From NCBI RefSeq assembly GCF_964355755.1, contig NC_092678.1:16349881-16413880 (forward strand): 64,000 bases of DNA, given 5' to 3'. This DNA is from Antedon mediterranea. Lineage: Eukaryota; Animalia; Echinodermata. Below, piece after piece: positions 53,943-64,000 of this stretch. Under the pieces are notes generated by a model. That model ran no database searches, was not told where the DNA came from, and saw only the letters and a program-made list of their open reading frames with translations. The position numbers and the translations under genes are program-made. Position 1 is the stretch's first letter. Every line of letters starts with the position of its first letter.

Positions 53943-54831
53943 GGCGCTAGTTCCGTTTCGCACCTGTCGTTTATTTCGACTCAAAATTGGTTAAGTAACT
54001 TTATCGTGAGTACCACACCTTAGAATTAAGCCTCTTTAATACTTTTACGAAGGAGATCACACAAAAAGTAAAAAATAAATCCTTTAAATTGATGAATTTA
54101 CAGACGTGTTTCTCGCAAATCGGTTCGTGAATTTCGCATACTCGATGTTCAATGTTGTTGTTTCTATGGAGCGCCAAAAAAGCAATCATAATAGAGGGCT
54201 AAAAACTCAGTAAATTGTGTATATTTAATGCATTTATTGGTGAAAATTACGTTCAATTTTATCATATTTTGTCAATGCAACAAAAATATTACTGTTGATA
54301 CTGTACATGGTTTTTTCAGGAGCTTTTAGTTAGGAATGAAAATCGACAAATTCATCATCATATTACATGTACTGTAGGGGTATACCTTAATCTAAATAAT
54401 ATGCCTCTTAGTCTTAGTCTTACTCTTAGGTTGGTTGCTATTTGAAAACAGCAAATTATTAGCAGTAAAATGTTACAGCATTTTTATTGACAAAATATAT
54501 TACAATTAAACGTGTATTTCAATAATAAATGCATTAAAAGAAGACGCATTCCACTGAGGTTTTAACCATCTATTGTTGTTGCTCTTTTGGCGCTCCATAG
54601 AAAGGAAAATATTGAACTTCGAGTATGCTAAATTCGCGGCGAACGGTATGCGAGAAACATGTCTGTAAAATCATCAATTTAAGGATTTATTTGTTACTTT
54701 TTATGTGATTCTTCTTCATAAAAGTACTTATGAGGCCCAATTTTAAGGTGTGGTATTCACAATAAGTTGCTTAACAATTTGGAGTCAAAAGGAAGTCGAA
54801 ATAAAAACAGGTGCGAAACGGAACTAGCGCC
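53943..54831. mobile_element. Foldback MITE with long imperfect inverted arms
   Basis: TIR GGCGCTAGTTCCGTTTCGCACCTG; the arms pair imperfectly for about 350 bp. TSD is GAAATAAC (8 bp), or AAATAA if the ends are one base further out. Empty site at about 8850. Confidence 0.9.
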
Positions 54832-54928
54832 GAAATAACCCCATTTTACACATAAATTAGCTTTCTGGTGTTAAGTACCGTGTTATATTGTTACTTTGTG
54901 CTAATTCAATTTCTTTTGGACAAATGGT

Positions 54929-54944
54929 GGCTCTGAAAAGAGCC
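54929..54944 (-). terminator. Histone 3' stem-loop (H2A)
   Basis: GGCTCTTTTCAGAGCC. Confidence 0.95.
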
Positions 54945-54980
54945 GTTTGGTTTGAGAATGCGGTAAGCAATCCCGGGAAT

Positions 54981-55409
<429 letters not shown>

Positions 55410-56777
55410 TTAAACAGTACCCGGTGTTTTATAGCCGCCTGTGGTTCGCCCTACGGAAATCTTGTACTGATGTGACCAATCACGGTCGTCCGCGCTGTAG
55501 GCGGTAATCACTTCTATTGTGATTGTTCTATGGGGTAGACGTTCTTTGTTATTTTGGCGCAAATTTACAAAATATCATCACAACGGTTATTTGTTATACA
55601 GTACTGTATACATACAAATACTGTCTGTACATTCATAATATTTAGCAGCAGGAAAAAGTAACATTTTCAGCTGATTTGCACTTTATGATAACATAAAAGG
55701 ATTACAATAAAAAATAAACACATTATAAATTTAACAACGGTTAAATTTGAATTCATCGTAACATTTTAATCTGTAAATTTGAAAAACAAAGTAAAGTAAA
55801 TTTACATTTATAAAACAATTTTTATCATAAATGTAATATACAAGACCAGTTAAATATCCAAAATTCAACCTGATCCTACCAAAGTACATACTACTACTGT
55901 ATTACAAATGACCTTATCGATTTTATACGGACATAAATAATGATTAACCTGGGTAATAAATACAGTATTAACTATCCTGCACGGAAACAATTACAAGCAT
56001 GTACTTTTATGAACATTTGGCAAACACCATGCATAGCTTCTTTAAAATGTTTTATATTAAATAACATTGTGAAAGAGTCCAAATTATATTTGTTATACAA
56101 TAACAATATTATATAGGCCAATGTGAACATGAGCATCATGATGTAATTATATTGTTAAAATATGTTTTCGGATACTCAGATAATTTACTTGATGAAGAGT
56201 GTAAAATAGTGTGAAAATATTTTGGATAGTTTTTATAAAAGATACCTAAAAAGAGCATGGAAATTTCGAAATGTTGTTATCTACTTTGCTACATTAAGTA
56301 AATTGAAAAGGAGTGGGGGAGGAGGTTGGTGGGTTTTCGTAATAAGTTGTGTTTATCAGTGGATTTTATTTACGCCATACACTTTTACTACAGTATATTT
56401 AGTTTTGTATTCATTTGTGTAAAGTAATGATCTACTGTATGTATCAATTTAAATTGAGGGATTGGTGGGGGAAGAGGGGTAGGATAGGGGTTGATAGTTG
56501 TTTGTTTTTGCCTTTATTTTATACTTTTCTATATAATTAATTGTTATTGTGAAGGATGCACCGTTGTGTGTAATTCCAAATAAATTGTTTGCATGGTGAA
56601 ATCAAATGTTGATATAGACACACTTTCATTTAATCTACGACATTTATTTTGTTATACAGTATCAATTGTAATGGCTAATGTGAACATGATGTAAATTCAC
56701 GTTGTGAATCAATGTTGATTTGGATTATTCATATTATAGATAGATATTAGCAAACAAATCTCTTTTGCACATGTGGT

Positions 56778-56793
56778 GGCTCTGAAAAGAGCC
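56778..56793 (-). terminator. Histone 3' stem-loop (H4)
   Basis: GGCTCTTTTCAGAGCC. Confidence 0.95.
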
Positions 56794-56827
56794 GTTTGGT
56801 TTGAAATGTGTTGAACTGTATAACTGC

Positions 56828-57181
<354 letters not shown>

Positions 57182-57621
57182 TTATGCTAACCGTTTTGAA
57201 AATAGACGTAGTTATATAGCAAATGCGGACGTGAATTTGGACTGCTCTAACTGACCTTTGTACCGAAACGCAAATAGCCGTTGGATTTAGTTTTGGTGGG
57301 AAATACAATAACACTGTACTTTCTCGTTATCTTTTGTCTACGTAAAACGGAAAGCAGTTGTTTTTGTATTGAATTTTGGTGGGAAATACAAGGTGGTTTT
57401 TTTGACTGGCAATTCAGATTCAGCATCTCTTAGCTTTCTATATACAGTACTGTATTTCCTCCACGGTTCAACGTATTTATTTTGTCGAAAATTCATTGCA
57501 ACTGTGTTTGTGCGATATTTGGAAGCGATTCTTCTATATATATTGATAAAAATATATAACAGCAGTTGCATTAATTTCTTTCAAGATCTTAAACATTATA
57601 AAAGATGTACAATTTCTTTCA

Positions 57622-58845
57622 TCTATATATAAATTTACGTAAGGGCAAAATTCGGTAAATCGCGCGTTATTTCTAGAATGTGTACTCGATGGTATATAAA
57701 GTTGGTTATAATCTCGGTACTGATTTTAACCACCTGATGTAACCCTGTTTACTAATTAAATTTAGTTAGATAATTAGTTGTTGACAATTAAAACGAATTT
57801 AGGTTCAACCATTTGCCCCAAATAGGGGTGTTTTCCGATCGTGGTATACACTGTCTAATGGATGTCCTCATGAAAAATACCTGTACACAATAATACGAGG
57901 ATACTTCGCATTTTCCTATCTCCTCCTACGATAATTGTTTTTAATAGCTGAAAACCGGTTGAACAGCTCGAGTAGAGTATCATAATGTTGAAGACAGGCC
58001 GATTTTCTTAAAAAAATACTATTTTGATAGATTTAATATACGTTTATACAAATGTATTGATTTGCGATGAATGGAACATTCCAAATTATTTGGTTTAACC
58101 ATGCTTGCATACCTCCATGATTTAACACAAGTAGGTCAATTTATGGGCCCTTTGAGAATAAACATAAATAGTATTGTAGAGCTATACAATACTGTAAATA
58201 GGTATTAACCACTTTTGATAGCCATTTGAATCGCAAATTTCTTATTGTGTGGGTTGGTAGGCCTACTGTTTATTATAATATAAACAAATATACTAATAAA
58301 CTTTATTACTGTGAGTGTGGGTAGCCCCTACTTTTAGATTATAAACACATAATAATATAATACTTTATTACTGACAGTTGCTTCTCAACGTTTGTATTAA
58401 TTAATAATTACAAAAAAATATAAACGTCGTGGTGGTGTATCGTTACATGTACTTTACTATTTCAATCGACTATGACAGTGACAATTTTAACAGTTATTAA
58501 ATCGGAAATGTTTTACTCTATTTAGTGTTATGTTATTTATAGGCCTATTAAAAAAAACCCAACCCTCAATAATGTTAGATACAAAATACAAATTGGGTTT
58601 GTTTAAATGAGTCCAAATGAAACATTTGGACTCATTTTGTGAGAAGTTTCTCTTTTGGAAGTAATTCGCACGGTGCTGATTTTGGTTGACTACATAAATA
58701 CATAAATAAATGTTTTATAGTCATGCGGTACGTAGGCCTACATTTTGAAATCGCCAGTTTTTTTACGCTGAAATTACTATGTATTCGAGAACCATATGTG
58801 GGCACGACCTAGATGGTACGCGAGCGAAGCGAGCGTACCATCTAG
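57622..58845 (+). mobile_element. Non-autonomous canonical Helitron (HLE1)
   Basis: 5' TC and 3' hairpin CTAGATGGTACGC...GCGTACCATCTAG. Inserted at TTTCA|TAAAC with no TSD; empty sites at about 412 and 12533. Confidence 0.88.
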
Positions 58846-58917
58846 TAAACATAATTATATATTATAATATTTACATTTTAAAGATATACAATTTAGATTA
58901 AATAAATAAAATACATA

Positions 58918-59331
58918 TGTAGCAGGTCACTCACTCTCCTGGAATTCATGTGGTTTTCCATACTTAACTAATGTAGACTATAGACCTGGGCTGTAACCAC
59001 TAAGGTGTCAACTCCTAATAATTAATTGCCTTATTCTATGGAATGGGTAATAACTTACTAATGATTACTTGGGTGTGATCTTAATGGATATACCAGCTCT
59101 TGGGAGGGGACAAGGAGGGTCACTGAACTGATAAGTCACCTCACTGGGCTACTCCTTAAATAGTCATGTATGTTCTGTAATTAACACTTCTTGTAGATTA
59201 ACACAATTTGGAAATAACTTGAACCGATAGCTACAACTTAATCACTCTCTGTGTACCTGTATATAGTGTAAATAAAGTACCATTGAGAGAATATAACAAC
59301 AGTCTGTGTCATTTATATAAAGAGTGCTACA
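58918..59331 (+). mobile_element. 5' LTR of a Ty3/Gypsy retrotransposon
   Basis: TGTAGCA...TGCTACA termini and an internal AATAAA; followed by a PBS and gag. Confidence 0.85.
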
Positions 59332-59334
59332 AAT

Positions 59335-59351
59335 TGGAGGTTCTACCGAGA
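59335..59351 (+). promoter_or_regulatory. Primer-binding site, tRNA-Gln-like
   Basis: TGGAGGTTCTACCGAGA is complementary, with one mismatch, to the typical metazoan tRNA-Gln 3' end TCTCGGTGGAACCTCCA. Confidence 0.7.
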
Positions 59352-59439
59352 CATTGACACAGCAGATTTTTAATTTTGTTTCTTTAATTGTACGGACAAG
59401 TTTATTTCTTTAATTCATTGTACGGAAAATAGCGATAGA

Positions 59440-60064
59440 ATGGATTACACAATTGTAGACATGGTCAACGATACTTCTTCTTCATCACATTTTGAAAGGA
59501 CTCCATCACATTCAACACCACGAAGGGTAAGCGAACGTCATAATAATATTTCAAATGTATATACTCCAATTCAGCGGAATAATGTGGGTGCTGGGTATAT
59601 GCCATACAACCCAGTGCATCAACTGAAAAGTGTTCCAATATTCACAGGAACAACAGGGGGTATATTAATAGAGGACTGGGTTCGAGATATGGAGTATTTA
59701 CTATCAGCTAGTACCATGCCAGTGACATTACAATTTGCAACAATTGTAAGGAACTTAGGGGGCTCAGCAAGAAAATTGGTTTTGAACATCCCAGTAGAAT
59801 GGCAAAATCCCCAGACAGCATTTGCCGAATTAAAACAGCAGTTTGGCGATATTTGCAGTGGGGACCCACTCGCCAATTTCTATGCTCGGTTCCAAGGACC
59901 TAATGAAGGCGGATCCATATTCGCAATTGAATTGGATTCCAAATTGAGGCGAGCCGAAACCATCATGGGCAGAGGTCCAATGCCAGACAGGGACCGAATT
60001 TTAATAAACCAGTTTTTGCGAGGCATAGTCAACATTGAACTTCGCAATAGAATTGCGCCGATGA
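59440..60064 (+). pseudogene. Gypsy gag (capsid, PNMA-like), truncated by a DNA transposon insertion
   Basis: Motifs PIFTG..IEDW..ME, L.GSA, F.ELKQQFG, QGPNE and ILINQFLRG. The last residues of ORF 59440-60126 read into the inserted element. Confidence 0.75.
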
Positions 60065-60794
60065 TAGTCAGGTTCCATTTCTCAAAAAACGGCCTAGAAA
60101 ACGAATCAAGAAGCATTTTTGGGTAGAAGCTGGGATCCACTTGATTTAGGATATTTCGACCTCGCTGATTACGAATATGGCGGATCCCAAGCGAAATTCG
60201 GCCATCTAAGCCCTTAATTTGCATAATTAAAAATGGCGGCCATTTTTTATAATTACCCTATATCTCGAGAACCACTAGTCACAGATAATTAATTTTGGTG
60301 TCAAAATGTTTTAAATATATGTTTTTATATTCACTTTAATGACACATTTTCTCAAAAAATTGATGCAAGTCTTATTTCTGACATTTTGACCTTTGACCTT
60401 GATTTATCGTATCTCAGTAACCAATAATCGGAGAGACACGAAATAGGGCTCAAATTGTTCAGAAACTATACATTCATATTTATTATAATGAAATGTTTTT
60501 ACAAAAAATGGCCGATTCTACAACTATTGACCTTTGAACTATTAGTCAAATATAATAATATAATAATAATATAACTTTGAAAATTGTGGTCTTATGAATT
60601 TTTGTTTCTTTTTAAATTGTTTAAAACATGTGTGTTTCTATCCAGTCTAATTGCATATTTTGTAAAAGAATGGCCGATAGTATGGTTATTGACCTTTTAA
60701 CTACAGCATAGGCCTACTGTATACTAAATATAATATAATTGCATAACTATGAAATTATTTATACACAATAATAATTAGTAAAATTATAAAATTC

Positions 60795-61290
60795 ACTGCC
60801 ATCAAATATGATGTGTTATGATTTATATAGATTTAAAAAAAAATTTGAATACGCAAGTTACATTTGTTGAAATTTGAAATTACCTGCCATCAATATGATG
60901 GAGTATGATTATAGATTTTCTAAAATGTGAACATGTCAGCTACATTTGGAAATTACCTGCCATCAATATAATGGATTATGATTATAGATTTAAAAAAGAA
61001 TTTGAACACGTAAGCTACATTTGAAAATTACCTGCCATCAATATGATGGATTATGATTATAGATTTAAAAAAGAATTTGAACACGTCTCAGCTACATTTG
61101 GAAATTACCCGCCATCAATATGATGGATTATGATTGTATAGTACCTGCCATCAATATGATGGATTATGATTATAGATTTAAAAAAGAATTTGAACACGTA
61201 AGCTACATTTGAAAATTACCTGCCATCAATATGATGGATTATGATTGTATAGATTTAAAAGAAAATGTGAACACGTAAGCTACATTTGGA
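60795..61290. repeat. ~75-bp minisatellite (TACCTGCCATCAATATGATGGATTATGATT...), mirrored at about 62805-63320
   Basis: Tandem copies are visible in both arms of the foldback. Confidence 0.85.
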
Positions 61291-61827
61291 ATGAACATGT
61301 TAAGGGCATCAGTTAAGATCATTCATGCAAAGGTTTCCGTCATCTTTAGCGTTGTTACAGCGGCATAAAGCTGTACATGGTAGTTTTGACTTCTTGCACC
61401 TATCTATTGGTTATGCATCGTGTCTTGCATCCACAATAAATCATCTCTAACGAAGCAGTAGGAATAGCTTCATTTTTCAGAAGCACTGGTTGAAGTTTAC
61501 CATTAGATAGCTCCCAACCAATATGTTGGTGATGGCAAATGCTGGATTGGCGATATAGCTTTTTTCCATACGAGTGCTTGGAAGTGTGCTCTTTTTATAT
61601 GTTGGTGCACTGCATCGCTTGTTGGAGGTAATGCCTCTGGGTTTTTTTAAAAGCCTAACTTCATTGGTACTTTTAACTTGACCAACACCGTAAACGTAGC
61701 AAATGAATCTTTCCGATTTCATAATAACTTGGTCACTGACAGGTTTTCTCCCAGGTCTTTAATTAGTTCATACTTTTTTTTTAATACTTCCCATGCCGAT
61801 GCCTTTGAGTGACCACTTAGATATGAG

Positions 61828-61886
61828 CAGTGAAGAGTTAAATTACTATATGTATGTATGTATTAATGTAATTTAACTCTTCCCTG
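61828..61886. mobile_element. 59-bp mini-MITE, hAT-like
   Basis: TIR CAG(T/G)GAAGAGTTAAATTAC (18/19 match) and 8-bp TSD GATATGAG. Confidence 0.75.
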
Positions 61887-63321
61887 GATATGAGTAGTAT
61901 GGCATCCACTAATAGTGTGGAATGGAATCAGTGCTTTTGTAGAACCCTCGGGCAAGGCTTGAAAAATATCTTTTATAGATACTTTCTTTTTTTGGATGTC
62001 CCTGTCATCATCCATTTGGATACCATGCTTTGGTAGTGAGACACTAGAATCACTAGTACGTCTGTATCCCTAGAAGCAACTACAACTGTGTCGTATCGGA
62101 CATTGGCAGCATGACAAGTCTCGTGTCCGATTCTTCATGGTCTGCTACCAGAGACAACGTATTCGTGTAGACTTTTGATGATTTAACAACTGATTCTTTC
62201 ATAAATCCACCAGCTGTGACAATTTCTTTGTCTATAGGAGCTTGACGAATCAACTCCTCTGATAGAAATCGTGTCAGATCTGCATTATTATCTTGTAATG
62301 CCAAAAAGTTTGACCAGCAATTTGGCAGCGGTATTTCACCACTTTCTATAATTCGACGAATTGGTCTCTGTGTTTTGGTTCATCTTTGTCTGGTGGTGTC
62401 CTTTATCGACAGTTTTAAGTTAGGCATGCCATGTTAAAAAAAAAAAAAACCAGAGCCATTACCTCCAACAAGCGATGCAGTGCACCAGCATATAAAAAGA
62501 GCACACTTCCAAGCACTCGTATTGAAAAAAGCTGTATCGCCAATCCAGCATTTGCCATCACCAACAGATTTTGGGGGGGAGCTATCTAATGGTAAACTTC
62601 AACCAGTGCTTCTGAAAAATGAAGCTATTCCTACTACTTCGTTTTAGATGATTTATTGTGGATGCAAGACACGATGCATAACCATATAGATGTAGGTGCA
62701 AAAATTCAAAACTACCATGTACAGCTTTATGCTACTGTAACAACGCTAAAGATGACGGAAACCTTTGCATGAATGATCAAAACTGAAGCCCTTAACATGT
62801 TCATTCCAAATGTAGCTTACGTGTTCACTTTTCTTTCAAACCTATAGGCCTACAATCATAATCCATCATATTGATGGCAGGTAATTTACAAATTTCCAAA
62901 TGTAGCTGACGTGTTCAAATTATTTTTTAATTCTATAATCATAATCCATCATATTGATGGCAGGTTCTATACAATCATAATCCATCATATTGATGGCAGG
63001 TAATTTCCAAATTTCCAAATGTAGCTGACGTGTTCAAATTCTTTTTAAAATCTATAATCATAATCCATCATATTGATGGCAGGTAATTTTCAAATGTAGC
63101 TTATGTGTTCAAATTCTTTTTTAAATCTTTAATCATAATCCATCATATTGATGGCAGGTAATTTCCAAATGTAGCTGACATGTTCACATTTTTAAAAATC
63201 TATAATCATACTCCATCATATTGATGGCAGGTAATTTCAAATTTCAAATTTCAACAAATGTAACTTGCGTGTTCAATTTTTTTTTTTTAATCTATATAAA
63301 TCATAACACATCATATTTGAT

Positions 63322-63801
63322 ACTCCTTCACCTGTAGTTAAGATACTGATGTCATGGTATAGGAATCAGGAATTTGTTGTCAGGTGGGGAAGTTCCGTTT
63401 CCGATTCTTTCAATGTTCGTAATGGGGTTCGCCAGGGAGGCGTTATGTTCCCTCTACTTTACAATGTGTACACTGATCCGTTAACTGTTGAACTGACTAA
63501 GTCAAAAGAAGGTTGTGAAATTAACAGTCTTAAACTGAATTGCCTAAGCTTTGCCGGTGACTTGGTCCTTTTGGCTCCGTCAGTGACTGGCTTACAAAGC
63601 CTAATTGGACTCTGTGAAGGTTTTGCTAGTGACCATGATATTACTTTTAATGAAACCAAATCCAAATGCTTGCTATTTTGCCCGAAAGTCTGCAACCTCA
63701 AAGGTGTTCCACATATTACCTTAAATGGGGCACCTCTAATCGTTGATAATTCAATAACCTATGTTACCATGATATTCCGAAATAAAAAGATAAATGAATG
63801 A
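63322..63801 (+). mobile_element. Internal LINE RT fragment (RTE/RTEX-like) within the right foldback arm
   Basis: VRNGVRQGG..PLLYNVY.D and FAGDLVLLAPS (degenerate YADD box); absent from the left arm. Confidence 0.8.
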
Positions 63802-64000
63802 ATTGTGTATAAATAATTTCATAGTTATGCAATTATATTATATTCAGTACGGTATACAGTAGGCCTATGCTGTAGTTTAAAGGTCAATAACCATACTATC
63901 GGCCATTCTTGTACAAAATGTGCCATTAGACTGAATAGAAACACACATGTTTTAAACAATTTAAAAAGAAAAAAAAATTCATAAGACCACAATTTTCAAA

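Larger units (their letters stand above)
60065..64000. mobile_element. Academ(X)-like DNA transposon derivative forming a large foldback that runs off the window
   Basis: Begins TAG inside gag. It has degenerate XPG-like HEESDTR / DTDV / SGC.TT motifs (61800-62400, minus) and a Cys-rich CGCKTRC..RC..CTALC.C segment. 60577-61645 is inverted at 62449-64000. Confidence 0.6.

Noticed and set aside
59440-60126. Domesticated PNMA/Arc-like host gene
   Set aside because: It is directly preceded by an LTR and PBS and truncated by another transposon, so it is an ordinary Gypsy gag.

Overview
AT-rich animal (probably marine invertebrate) genomic DNA. It holds a tandem, single-strand (all minus) replication-dependent histone gene cluster, in transcriptional order H4-H2A-H3-H2B-H1. 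There are 10 intact genes, each with the 3' stem-loop. The spacers carry many copy-specific mobile elements: LINE fragments, MITEs, a canonical Helitron, a Gypsy LTR/gag, an Academ-like foldback and a probable Penelope hammerhead fragment. The dominant feature is a 34.5-kb non-coding block (15716-50252) between H1 and H2B. It looks like a satellite, but it resolves into 21 co-oriented non-autonomous Helentron/HLE2-type rolling-circle elements from four families (A x9, B x9, C x2, D x1). Their ends balance like brackets: A1 A2 A3 A4[B1] A5 A6[A7[C1,B2[B3]]] A8[B4,B5[D1]] A9[C2,B6[B7,B8],B9]. Every nested insertion lies 55-73 bp from a resident element's 5' hairpin end, and the other closed elements sit flush against such an end. 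I infer a self-targeting, ordered stacking system. No transposase (RepHel) is encoded in the window. All alignments and copy comparisons were made by eye.
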